Translations under genes and position numbers: made by a program
Source: Schmidtea polychroa
Lineage: Eukaryota
Direction: 5' to 3'
Assembly: GCA_044892525.1 (NCBI GenBank)
Contig: CM097886.1
Span: 182,206,312-182,270,311, forward strand
Length of the DNA: 64,000 nt
In this document: positions 11,201-23,949 of the stretch, piece by piece
Position numbering within the stretch: position 1 is the first letter of the stretch
How the letters are laid out: the number at the start of each line of letters is the position of its first letter
The notes under the pieces: model-generated
Told to the model about the DNA's origin: nothing
The model's database searches: none
The model's input: only the letters and a program-made list of their open reading frames with translations

Positions 11201-13039
11201 AGTTTCAATTTTCAATGAATTCTTTGTAATAAAATAAACATAAATAATGGAATAATCTAAACCGTTAATAATCTAAACTGAACGCAGAGGTGGACAGTAT
11301 TCGGCGCCCGGTACAATATATAAATTTTGCGCCCTCCCACCGTGTCATTGAAACATTGTAGCACAGTATTCGGTGCCATTGAAAAATAAAACAACAGTAG
11401 TCAATACCCAATATGACATAATATCACATTTAAGTGAGCATAAGAGCATCTTCTGCTGTCACCTTATGAACAAGACTATTGCTATCAAAATCTGTTTTAA
11501 ACAGAAATATTGACAAAGGCAGGAAACAACAGTTGATTCTTTCTGACTCCTTAGGTAAACTTTGTAAAATTTTAAGTCCAAAACGAATACAGTAAATCCT
11601 CCTCTAGTAACTCCTCATGCCCCTCTCCCTAGCTACGCCTCTGTGCAGAAGAAATCCTTAATTGCCGGTATCATGACTTTCAGGCCAAAATTCAAATCAA
11701 ATACTTGAATTTATTTCCCATTATGTTGTCGATTAAAATTGAAGTGATTAAACAATATTTCAAATCAATAAGTTATATTTATTCAAAATCTATATTTAAT
11801 ATTTATCATAATATAACAATTATAAAAGGAATAGTATGCTAAACAGGTAAATAATATCTCATTTGATAGAGTAAATCGATTTTATTGAAATATTTTATCT
11901 GTAATTTGGCACAAAAATATGTTTATTATTTTCCTTGTTACTATTCAATTGGTAGACGCCATCGTGGTAATTAATTAACAGTTCCCTCAATAATACCTCT
12001 TATCTAATACTTTTTAAAAACCAAAATAAACTATTTCCTCGCTTAACTAATTTCTTACCAATATAACTGATTTTAAAAATCTTAATCGCCAATTAGGTTA
12101 GATTATTTTCATTACTTTTTAATATAATCTTTATCAATTTCAATATTTTGAATGAAATTCGTTAGTTATATAATTTAAATCAGCCTGTTTAAGTGGCATT
12201 ATCATACAATTCATTTTGATAATGATTCAACTTTTGTGGCTTTTAAAAAACTTATTAAAGTTAATTCATTCATACCAAGTAGATAAAGCGTAATAAATGT
12301 TGGGAAAATTTTATAAAAAGTAAATAATAATTTTGAAAACTCAGTGGTTTACCTGAAATTCATCATCACATAAAGCTGAAGAATTCAATGCCAATAAGAT
12401 AACTTAATGCAAATTTGATTAATAAATAAAATTTATAAAAGAAATAAATACTTAAACCGATCAATAATTTCATTTTTAAGTTTCAACTCCGTAAAATTAA
12501 TGAAAATAATCAAATAAAATGGAGCGATTATATATATATTTAGTAATATATTAAAACAACGAATGAATTACTTTGTAAGATATAATAATTTGAAAAAAAT
12601 AAAACTGATTATTCAATTGATGAATTTAAAAAAATTTTAATTTTAGATTATCAAAATTTTTAAATATTTAAAGGATGACAAGTAAATGACAATATATTTA
12701 TATATTAAAATGGCTCATTCGGATATCCTTAATTTTTAATTTCAAAATAATGTTTCAATGATCACTACTTTGAGAATTACTCTTACTCTAACAAAATTTG
12801 AGATGAAGCAGGTGAATTTTTAACAAATGATCATTAACGAAAAATTATAAAATCAAGATTTTGGTATTGGCATTGGTAGAATATTTTTCAGTTTGTCATC
12901 GCTTTATTCTTGGAAACATCTTTTGTTTTATATAATGTTGAGGTAATATATAGAGGCACAAAAATAAAATAGAAGCACAGGTCAAATAAATTAAAAAAAC
13001 CAAAATAATAAATGCAAAAATTAATCAAATTTATAAAAA

Positions 13040-13688
13040 TAATATTAGTCAAAGGAAATTGGTATGGTTGAACAGCAAATGGAGAATCGAGCACAGGAAT
13101 AATACCATTAACTTAGTAAGGAGTCCCATGGAAAAACCCTGACTTAAAAACAAATTAATTAATTATGTAGTGTGAAGCACGAGCTTGTGGAAACCACGAA
13201 TCAATAGAAAACGCGAGCACTGTGTAAAACTCGATGCGCATAGAGATCTGAGAAGTGAGGAAAGCCGGTGAGATTAATAAATGATCAGGATGTTTTAATT
13301 GTTGTGGACCCAATCAGACCCGGAGTGAAGGAATAATTGTTGAATAGCACTTTAATTGTTTAAAAGAGTGCTGTTGAAAAGCGAATCGCCAGTTAGTTGA
13401 ATAAACCAAAAAAAGAATTTGTGAACGTTTGAAAAGCTTTGAGAGAAACGAAAATAAAATTGAAGTGAAATTAAAGAAAATTACAAATTATCTTACGATG
13501 AAAGATGATTACTCATTGGGCAACCTACCTTATAAATAATTTCGATGAAAAGCTGCAAATACAGTGACAAGTTGTAATCTTGATCAAAATTGAATAGGGT
13601 TCTGTGTTGGGTTTTAGTTATTCGATTGCAATAATAAATGACAGGAAGAGTCAGAAACTAACCAATTTCATTGATTAATAACCCAACA
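13040..13688 (+). mobile_element. LTR-like remnant ending in the TGTTGGGTT...AATAAA...GAGTCAG...AACCCAACA module
   Basis: The 3' module (13605-13688) matches the ends of the other LTR-like units; the 5' boundary is approximate. Confidence 0.45.
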
Positions 13689-13776
13689 ATAATATATATT
13701 AGTATAACATGAATAAACAAGAAAAAATTAAAATGAAGTGTTCCCTACATATTCTTATAACGGTTTGTGTTATAAT

Positions 13777-13899
13777 TAGAGTTGCCACACGTCCTACTTT
13801 CAGTAGGACAGTTCTACAATTTGGATATTTGTCATATGTACTACATGAAAGGATTATTGATTTGTCCTACTTTGAGCCTGTCAACATGTGGCAACCCTA
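13777..13899. mobile_element. hAT-type MITE, 123 bp
   Basis: TIR TAGAGTTGCCACA / TGTGGCAACCCTA (1 mismatch); perfect 8-bp TSD GTTATAAT (13769-13776 and 13900-13907). Confidence 0.92.
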
Positions 13900-13970
13900 G
13901 TTATAATTGGTGGCTTATCTTACATTTATTCTCGTGAGGTAATCGTACAAAATAACATGTAAAAACAATT

Positions 13971-14097
13971 AACTATTTACAATGAATTACGTCATATGCC
14001 AAAATAAAAAGCACAATACAGGCATGTTCAAACAGAAACAAAGTTGTCGCTATACAAAGTTTATTTATAACAGTTTTATCATTTCAGTCATTAGAAT
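13971..14097. repeat. 127-bp direct repeat, copy 1 (3' flank of ORF 14150-14569)
   Basis: Ungapped-length match with high identity to 16964-17090; contains a minus-strand AATAAA. Confidence 0.9.
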
Positions 14098-14149
14098 ATC
14101 TTTTTTCCATTGAACCCGATTGAGATGCCTCTTGAATCTGTATTTTCAA

Positions 14150-14569
14150 TCATTTGATTTCTTTTGAATTATTATTTATTTCTTGAAGTGGAACTCGCTT
14201 CTCAATTGTCATTTGGTCGGTAAGTTCCTTTCCGAGAATTTCGTCAATTTTCTTATCGAATTTCTCGGCGAATGAAAAATTCACTCGACAACTTTTTCGA
14301 ATATCATTCTTTGAAATCGGTTTTCGTTTAATAGATTTTTGATTTTTTAATTGAGAAATCTTGGAGAAATCCTCTTGAACAGTCAGTGGATTACTCATGT
14401 CACTTTTGCAATTGACTGGCATGAATAGTGGATAGCCAATTCGATTGGTCCAAATTGGATATTTTGAGCAAAATTCTGTCGCGCAAATTCGCACTATCTC
14501 GTCCAACATTTGGACGTTGGTGTCTGATTTACGAGAAGAATTGAATAAATTGAAATTGGGAGCACTCAT
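14150..14569 (-). CDS. Intronless 139-aa protein of unknown function, paralogue of 26766-27032; candidate cell-cycle regulator
   Basis: True ATG; N-terminal ~50 aa align with the 26766 ORF; C-terminal RVPLQEINN D-box; upstream promoter-like motifs and a downstream AATAAA. Confidence 0.75.
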   Translation of the reverse strand: MSAPNFNLFNSSRKSDTNVQMLDEIVRICATEFCSKYPIWTNRIGYPLFMPVNCKSDMSNPLTVQEDFSKISQLKNQKSIKRKPISKNDIRKSCRVNFSFAEKFDKKIDEILGKELTDQMTIEKRVPLQEINNNSKEIK

Positions 14570-14599
14570 TTTTTTCTTTGTTATTGATTATTGAAATTT

Positions 14600-14720
14600 T
14601 CCAACCGTTTTTATACAAAAATTTTCACGGCGTGCGCGCGTGTGTGTGTGAGATTTCGCTGAATGGCTTATAAAGCTCTTTCATTGGTTAATACCTATTG
14701 TGCAATAATTTTTCAAACAA
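14600..14720 (-). promoter_or_regulatory. Putative promoter of ORF 14150-14569
   Basis: AACGG (14605-14609), a CG/TG alternating tract (14631-14650), TATAA (~14670), CCAAT (14683-14687) and TTTGAA (14712-14717) on the minus strand. Short motifs are common in AT-rich DNA. Confidence 0.4.
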
Positions 14721-16963
14721 AGCGCTGTGCTTTTTTTCCAGTTGATTTTTATTTTTAAAAAAATCGATAAGAATTTTTAAAAATTATTTTCTGAGGATTT
14801 TTATAAAACGTCTAAAAAAAATTTTATTGTACAAATTTTGTTAGATAAATTATTTTCATTTCCCCTTTAAAACTTAAAAAAATTTATTCATTGCGTAACT
14901 TATTTTGATTTGGACTCATGCATGACAGTACGTGGCAGGAATGAGTAGTTAATATGCAAGTGTGCGGCGTGATAATTGCGATTGCGTAATCATTTGATTG
15001 TAATCCGGGTACTCAAAATCTATTGTTATAGAAATAAACGTAGAAATATACATAAACAAAAGGATGGAGATTGGCCACTGTTTGAGTTGCTATTGTTAAT
15101 TTATTTTTCACAATGGTTAAGGATTGTTTTGTTTCAATTTTTATTTAAATTTTTTTTAATTTCTGATGTATATCAACAAATATTTCATTAATTATTTGCT
15201 CTCCTCAAATTTATAGTCAAGCCGCCCTTATTTTAAAAATTATAATAAAATTACATAAAAAATATTTTTTCTATATAAATATTAAATTGAATATTTTTAT
15301 GAATATTGCCAAGCGAAAATTTCTAAGAAACGAAAGAAAAATCTAGTTAATAAATTTGTATTAGGGAAATAAACGAGGCCTCCCTATTAGGATCCTATAT
15401 GAAATTGGAGAAATAAATAAAACACAAAAATATAAAAACTCACACATGAGATCAACATTTGGATAGCAAACATTTTAAAATCAAAATAATTTTCAGTGTC
15501 AAATGATTGAACTAATTGTCCGCCTCCCCCTTCCTCCCCCCATCAAGTTCACAGCGATAAACTTTCTATATGTGGCCAATTTCTATAAAATTCTCTAATT
15601 GTTCAGCAATGCTCGCATAGTTTTCATTGAGAGAAATATAGAAATTTATAAATTTTATTCGCGGGTTTGATAAAAAAATAATTATTTTTCGCTAGCACTA
15701 AAAGCATTTTATTTGTTAAAAATTTCAATTAAAAAATTTCGATTTTACTAGATAATTTTACAAATAAAAAAAATAATAAAAAATTAAAATTGCAAAAAAT
15801 TCGACATCATTTACATATATAGATTTGTGTTGAATATTGAAGCTTTTGTACAGGAGGTTTGGAACTCCGTGTTAAGAGACCTTGTAAGGTGATAGTTGAA
15901 AAATCCAAAGTAATCTTATCAAACTGAAAACCAAATCCATGTAACTACCTTTGTCAATTATTACATTATTTCTGAAATCCTGTGAAATTTTCTTCTGCTG
16001 CACTGTTCAAGACGGAACCAAGAGAATTATATAAGACAAAATATTCTGCGAAAGAAATCCAGTTTAGTTATGAATAGTGATGTTAATTTCTTTGTGTAAA
16101 TTATTTTAGTACAAATGAGTTCTGGTGACCCAGAGCACATTATTCACTGGATTCCCATAAATTGGAAAAAAAACCCTCAAAACTGAAAAAACTAGAAGTT
16201 TCATTATCAATATCATGAAGGTTAAGTTTTTTAAAAAACACAAAAAAAGTAGTCCGAAGTAGTTATATAAACTGATCTTGTAGGTCAGTGCAAATCCTGG
16301 GGCACTTGCCCCCTCCCTGAATTTCCCAAACCATTTTATTTTTCGATTAATTTAAACACATTTTAATAGATGCTCTCAAACAATGTTGGAAAAACTCAAG
16401 ACAAAAAAAATTAATAAAAAACTTTAATTTAATGAGGCTTCCACATTTTTTTTAAATTTTATTAATTATATCTGGAAATCAATGATTTCAAATCATCTTA
16501 TTTTTATAAAAGCGTTCAATATTAACTGACGTTCTGGTTTTAAAAAAAGTGTTCTATTTTGTAAATAAACGGAAAAAGTCCTATTTTGTATAATGCCCCA
16601 AATATTTATTATACAAATGCCTTTTATTTTCAACTCTCTTCCCCCTAGAAAAATTGTCTACTTGGTAAAAAAATAGTTTTGCCCCCTACCCTGGAAATTA
16701 CTGTGGACGCGCATGCGACTTGAAGTCTTTCAAAATCTAGATTGTATGTTTACATGAGATGTATTATTTAGTTAAAACCACACAATGTGTAGACTCTGTT
16801 CTTCAATTTTTGGCATCAAAAAGTCCTAAATCATTTGTCATCAATGCCATCAGGTTAAAGTTTGTCCATGTTCACTTTCAAAGAAATAATATCAAACGCT
16901 ATTTTGGGCTTTAATCGCACACATTGCTGACACTTTCTGTGAAGCAAATAGTAACATTTAAAA

Positions 16964-17090
16964 AACTATTTACAATGAATTACGTCATTTACCAAAATAA
17001 TAAACACAATACAGGCATGTTTAAACAGAAACAAGGTTGTCGCTAAACAAAGTTTATTTATAACAGTTTTATCATTTGATTTATTAGAAT
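16964..17090. repeat. 127-bp direct repeat, copy 2
   Basis: Matches 13971-14097; no adjacent paralogous ORF detected. Confidence 0.9.
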
Positions 17091-18997
17091 CTTCCGATCT
17101 GGATTTGCTTTTAATGAGAAGCTGCAAAACTTGATTAAGTTTATTTAAAAAAAATAAGTCAGTCCAACTAAGTCAAAGAGAATCTCAAGGAAAACATCTT
17201 ACAAAACTGATACCTCCGATCAGTAATTCATTCATGAACGTCATTACATTCACTGAAAAGTTGCAGTTTGATGTAATATTAATGCCACAAATGTCATAGG
17301 ATCTTTTTTCTTTGAAAATGAACACGAACAAACAACAATAGGACCTCAAGAAACTAGAAGATCAAGAATTATTTTCTCGTTTTTATAGTTGGCATTGAAC
17401 CTAAAAATGACTGGATTTATTAGCTCATGAATTCTTTCCATCAAGTTATTTAAAAGAAAGGGTGTAAGTGAAAATCGCACAAACTACTTACAAACTGTAG
17501 GATATTATTCGATAAGAATTGAAATGTCCAAAAGTTATAGCGGTACGCTTAATTATAATTATTAACTTCAGAGCATCAGTACTGTTTTGCTCTTGATAAA
17601 TTATGAGGGGAAAATATTAGCCATATTCTGGGTTATTATTATCGCGTTTTTAAATTTTCGGAACTACCATCATCTTTTCTTTTAGGGCTAGCCTTGATAC
17701 TTAGAAATAACTCTTTAGGGCGGTTTGAAATAACCGATTACTTTCCTTCAGTAAGCAACACAATTATTTTACATTACATTCTTATTTGTAGCTTTTATAA
17801 TATTATTAATAAAAGTTAAAATCATTCTGCTATTTATTGCAATATAACTTATTGTGCTATTTTCAATTTTTGAGTGAGATAAATCGCAATAAAATGATTG
17901 TGTTAGTTGTAGACCAACGATACGAACCTCACAATATTGAACACTTAAAACGATTTTTGACTCATTCGCTGGAGAAGTGGAAATGTAGCAGAAACGACTG
18001 ACAATCTTGATCAAAAACCAAAATCTGCTTCGTAAAACTTTGAAATTAGTCCGAAGAAAATGCTTGCAAGCATCGATAATTTGTTGGCATTCGGCGCACT
18101 GGTTTCAGTTACAACCGCAGAAGTATAGCGTTAATTTAGCAAGTCAAAACTAATTACAGAAGCACAACAAGGGAAGAGCGACTGAGGGAACTGACGCTTT
18201 AATTTCCCCTTCAAAATCCTGACTACGTCCCAGGACCCGTCAAGGTCATTTAAAATCAAATTTATTTCTCTGTTTTTTAAATTACAACACAAATATAAAG
18301 CTTCCTTTTGAAAATTTGCACCTGTTAATCACGACCTTAATTTCAAGGAAACACGCTAGTTCATTCTTTTTCTCATAAGCCATAGCAATTTTCGAACGTT
18401 ATTAAATTTTAGTTAAGCAATTGAGTAATGCTTAGTTTTTTATTCTTAATTACATTTCCTGATTAGGCTTTTCTTTTGTGAAGTTAATCGATTTGGCGAG
18501 CGCTTGAGCCCAACCATAACCATAAAAAATCATTAAATTAAAAAATAAATGGCACCCTTTGTGTAAATATCCTACCCAAAATGAATCTAAAAGTACTAAA
18601 GATTTTTTTTCCTCATGTATTATATATTGAAAATGAACTGGACCCTTAAAAAAAGGTTTTCTCAGGTTGAGCACCCCAAGCGAAAATTCTGGGTACGTGC
18701 GTGCAGAGAGTAATCATATTTGTGAATACATGTAATTGGGTCTATAGAAGTGTTTCCACCTATGGGGCAACGCGCTTCAGAGGTGGAACAAGTCAGCAAT
18801 TATCAACTATTCCACACATATATTTTGAAATATAATATATTCATTCAGGACTAAATATAACAACGTGCATACAGCAATTTCCTCGACCGTTATTTTTGCG
18901 TACTGGCATTAATGATTATCAAAGTTTGACCGCTACTTTAAAGGGGCCAGTGGGACATATGACTTTTGAAAATACTATGGTTGGGCATGGTATAAAG

Positions 18998-19329
18998 CAG
19001 TGCTTCTCAAAGTTGTGGTCCGCGGAAGATTTTTGTAAATTTTATTTTTAAGCGTTAAAATATTTACAATAGCACAAACAGGCAATACTTAAGAAATAAG
19101 CACAATAGTACCAAGAGATATCTCAAGGTTTATTTGCCATAAACTAAAAAAGTAACTTTAACTGAAATGCTGGATGCTAAACTGTGTTTTCGATAACTCT
19201 TCAATTTATTGCGAATTTCGTTAATAATTCTTTGTGTATTGTTTACTTGTTACTTTTTAAATAAAAATTACGTTTTTGGATTAGGAAAAAATAACCGATC
19301 CACGACACAAAAAAGTTTGAGAAGCACTG
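18998..19329. mobile_element. hAT (Charlie/Buster-type) MITE, 332 bp
   Basis: Perfect TIR CAGTGCTTCTCAAA / TTTGAGAAGCACTG; perfect 8-bp TSD GTATAAAG with central TA. Confidence 0.94.
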
Positions 19330-20843
19330 GTATAAAGAATGTCGGGAAACACTTGTGTAGAATGAATTGATAAGTTTACATGACTAAGATTCCAAAAAGA
19401 AAGGATCAAACATTTTCATTCCAAGATAACTGAAAGCTCGCTAAAGCTGCCCGTCACAGTTGCGTGTTTAAATTGTGTCCCCTATCCACCTTAGATAATG
19501 CATCGAATTGAAAACCGTTGTCAATGTCAACTAATCATTGATTCGAAGAGCTATATATATCGAGATAAGGTTAAAACCCATATTGATAATCAAACCCTAG
19601 AAATATCAGTGGGAAATGTCAACACTAAAATAGCCTATCAGCTTGAAATTATCAACTACTGCTAGGAACCGAGAAAGGAATAATTCGTAACAATAAAGCG
19701 TTCCAAAACTAATTAGGGCTACAGATTATAATGACGCCCAACGACTCTAATCTCATTCTTTTTTCTTAACTATATTTAGAATGCTCCACTCCAATAACGT
19801 CATAACAATTATTTTATTCGTCATTTATGTTATAATAAGTTATCTTCTCATCTAGTTAATTTCAGTTAGTAACTAAATATATACTATTGCCTTCCCAATT
19901 TCAATCAAATTTATTAGAAATTGAAATATAACATCTTTATTTTAAATAAAGTTTCATAAAAAAACAAATTCAATTTAACTAACAAATTATATAAAAGTAT
20001 CTAGCATTGAATTTGGAAAACTTTGTTCGATAAATATATCAAATATGATAACAAGTCAAGAATCAGAAGTTTATGTTAGAGTAGATTTGGCACATAAACT
20101 ACTTTGATTGATGACTCGTTATTATAAGTTATTATAACCACAGTATCAATTCTTATTTAAATAATAAGATAACATAATGTATAATTAATAATAATTATTA
20201 GTAAACAACTTTAAAATTAGTCATTACCAGATCTTCATTATCATTGACCAAAATAAGAATATATAATTTAAATGCCGCTTTAATGAAGTATTATAAATAT
20301 TTAAACAATTGTTAAAGTACTCAATAAACTTATCAAATAATAATAAAAATGTTTGTTAAGATTATTATGGTTAGAGTTAATTTATTTCATTAATTAAGCT
20401 TCAATTTTAAATCTAATTAAATAATTCTTAACGAAAGACGTTATTAAATAAAAAACATTTAAAGTAGCTTGATGATTCAAGAATTTGGGTGTAATTTAAA
20501 CTTTAAGTTTAGATAATCCAGTAAAAAGACATTAATGTTATAAGTTAAAATTAGTTCAAATTTAACCAACAGTCAATAAAAACAATTTTTATTCATAAAT
20601 ATGATGCAAATTGTAGTAAGTCTGTCTAAAACGAATTATACAAATTAACTACATTGTTATCTCGAAAAAGATCCTATCAGTTTTAGATTAAAATATAGAA
20701 AGGAACAAAAAATAAGTTAAATTGTTAATTGTTAGAAAAACAAATTTTAAATTTCTAAAATCTTTGTGCCTTCCAACATTTGCAATACATAAAAATACCT
20801 TATATTTTAGTTAATATATTTTCCAACTACATTTACCTTGGAG

Positions 20844-22258
20844 GAGTGGCGGATTTAACGTTTAAAGGACCCGAGGCGGAAAATAATTCTAGGCACCCTT
20901 AACTCTCCCCCTCTGGGTAGAAAATTTGAAAATATAGTTTACGCATTTGAAAATGCGCGTAAGAATGGAGAATGATCGTTCTCTTGTTGCATTGCAGGTT
21001 GGTAATGTTAAAAAGAAATTTTAAATAGTTTCAACATTTGAAAAGGTAGATTGCAATCCACCATTATTTATTTTGTAAATTTTGAAAGGGCACTTAATAT
21101 TTTCCTCTTTAATGAATTTTAAGAAATGGTGAACTTCATCCCTGAAATAATATATATCAATGTCATTTTTATACAGGTCAGATAATTTCAAAATACATTC
21201 GTCATTGCTCATAGAATGATTGAAGAATGGCTCAAAATCATATAATACCAGTTTGTAAACAGCAGATCTAGTAGTAATTTCCATTTCAATTTTATCACAA
21301 ATTGCGTTATGCATTTCTACCACAAATAATTCTAGCCCCACCAGGCGTACATCATTTGTAAGTGATTCATTGAACTGTAATTTTCGTGTCTTACGTCTTT
21401 CTTTATAATTTATATTATCAGTTAATAAAGCTGCCTCATGTTCTCTACTTTCAAAATCATCTCTAACGTCCATTATAAATTGAGAAAAAAAATTTTAAGA
21501 GATTGACGCATTGAAATAAATTTGTTTGAACTTGTTGTAATGAACGACTTGTACTGTTTATTCTTTGCAACAATTAATCCCAGAGAACGATTAGCAATGC
21601 ATTTTCGTACGTGTCTAAACAATTAAATATTTTTTTGCTTCTAATTTAGTCATTTGTTTTTCGTTAACATTTTCGCTAATACTAATAAGAACTGCTTTTA
21701 CATTTTTATAATTGAACTGTAAAGCAGAAACTGCATCAGCTCTTTCTGACAATTTAGTATTATTAACTCTTTATGAGTTTTGAATTATTATTGCTAAAGC
21801 TATCAACAAGTAGCTTCCATCTGTATGTAGACGAAGAAAAAAATACATAAGTGTTTTGTATTAATTCGAAATAATAAACAGCTGCCGAAAAGCGCAATTT
21901 CCAATTAAATTTATGGAGTGACTTGAACATGGAATAAAAGTGGCAGATTTGTTTAAATTCTTAATTCTAGCTTCTAAACTTGCCAAAAAAATTTTGCCAG
22001 AAAAATTTTGTATTTAGATATTTAATTAAATTAATATATTTTAAAACGTCTATATAAGTTAACTGCTATGTTTGTTCTACTTTTATATTTTTTGTATTAA
22101 TTTCTTTTTTACCTTTTAAAATTTAAATCATGGGTTAAAATATAAAAATAAACACCTACAAATTAGCCTATTAGTTACCCACTTTTCCAAATAATTGTTT
22201 ATTGTAGTTTGGGGCCCGAGGCACTAGCCTCATGTGCCTGTGCGGAAATCCGCCACTG
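20844..22258 (-). mobile_element. Internally deleted hAT element (1415 bp) with the C-terminal half of a ZMYM1-like transposase
   Basis: TIR (G)AGTGGCGGATTT / AAATCCGCCACTG; perfect 8-bp TSD CCTTGGAG. ORF 21021-21473 is followed by FLTLPTCNATRERSFSIL (hAT dimerization motif) and preceded by TKLSERADAVSAL (TRWS-like). Confidence 0.92.
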
Positions 22259-23669
22259 CCTTGGAGAATACAGTTAGTCAGGGGGTCATTTTATTTACAA
22301 TTGTGTTAAAATAAGAAATATTTTTAATAATGTTTATCAAAATTATAAAATATTATTCGAATATGATTGTTGGCCTGCCTATAAACTAGAAGTATTAAAT
22401 TTCTTTTGTGCACGTAGTTATTATGGTAAAAAATAAAGCAATTAAATATATCATATGTCTCCTCACCTGGGTATTTATCTACCTATGGCTCATAAACTAG
22501 ATGCTCCTATCAGATATTGTCAAATATCTTTAATAATAATAATATATCATTTCAGAAAGCTCTGAATAAATATTTTAATTAAAAATTTTCTTTAACCATA
22601 GTTATTAAATAAATTATGAGTTCTAAAAGTTGCATGCAGGGTTTAAAATATCAAAATTAATTTATGTGTTAAAAATAAAAATGAAAATTTCCAAACAAAT
22701 TAAATATTATTAAGATAAAAATTTTAATACAAAATTAATATGGTATTATTATTTCAACTTGATAAAGGCTGTGCATAAAATTTGTGTATAATTTGAATTT
22801 ATTGAGTTTATTGATCTAATGTCCAATGAAAATGAAGAGAAATGAAATTAACTAAAAAATATGAAATAAATTTCCTTTAGCTTTTAAGATCACATTTATT
22901 ATTTTTCAAAAAATTACTTCCAAATATCGGATCACGGTGACAGACATTTGAGACGTGATTAAGGAGAACACAAAATAATCTCCCATATTTATGCTAGTGA
23001 AATAGTTGAGGCACAAATAACACTGGCACTCAAATAGCTCGCCTGACAATTATTGTGTACATACTAAATAAACAAAGACAAAGTAAACAAAATATGAACA
23101 TTTAATAATACAAAGAAAAGCTTGAGAAGATTAATTTTATTTTATGAGTAACTCCTGGCAAAATAAAAAGAACAACGCCAGGAAAATAATTCCCCTTAAC
23201 TCAAGTTTAAAATAAAACAAATTGCTCAAATTTCATTTTAATGTTTTATTAATAAATTATTATTCTTAATTAATTTGATAATTACATTAATTTTTTCTTT
23301 AGTTTCAGATTCATATTTTTAATGAACTAGTTCACAAATTTTTATCCAATTTTTATCACGGTACCCCTATTTTAAAAGACCACAAATAGCTTCCTTTAAA
23401 TTATAATCATTTTTAACTTTTTAGCAGTAATATGATCACCATCACCACACCTGCAGATAGTACGAGCTTGGTGATCCATATGGTTAGAACTTAATATTTT
23501 GAAGGGGTCTACTCCTCTTGCTACATGCAAAACGCGATTATTTGATAAAGGATATAAATATTTAAAAAACTTTTGTATTTACTGCTTCATATAACAATAG
23601 TATTAGAAAAATCTTTGATAAAATAAATAATAAGTAATATTAGGTATTGTTTACAACTATATATAAGTT

Positions 23670-23949
23670 CAGAGACGGCTGTGGGTTTTGCGGGGCCCCT
23701 TCTCAAAAAGGAAGAAATGATACATGAACAACAAACAAGGAGGCATCAGATGCAATAACATGTACAGGTATGTAAAGAAACAACCATAACGAATGAGATG
23801 TTAATGCAGGGAAAGACCTACGTTAACATCCTACTTGTAAAAAACGTTACATTTGGTGTCAAAAACTTATGTTGTTAATAGTTGTTAGAAATATGAAAGC
23901 GCGGGGCTCGGGAAAAATCCCCGAAGTCCCAACCTCTAAGCCCGTTCTG
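23670..23949. mobile_element. hAT-type MITE, 280 bp
   Basis: Imperfect TIR CAGAGACGGCT / AGCCCGTTCTG; TSD TATAAGTT / TATAGGTT (7 of 8); internal 42 bp (23689-23730) recurs at 28659-28700. Confidence 0.7.

Noticed and set aside
11285-11643. Possible hAT MITE (CAGAGG...CCTCTG)
   Set aside because: The terminal match is short and there is no TSD.
15840-15930. Tc1 C-terminal-like peptide LQEVWNSV
   Set aside because: Too short and degenerate to support.
17769-18014. ORF with a faint hAT dimerization resemblance (SRFCYISTSPANESKIVLS)
   Set aside because: The similarity is marginal and there are no termini.
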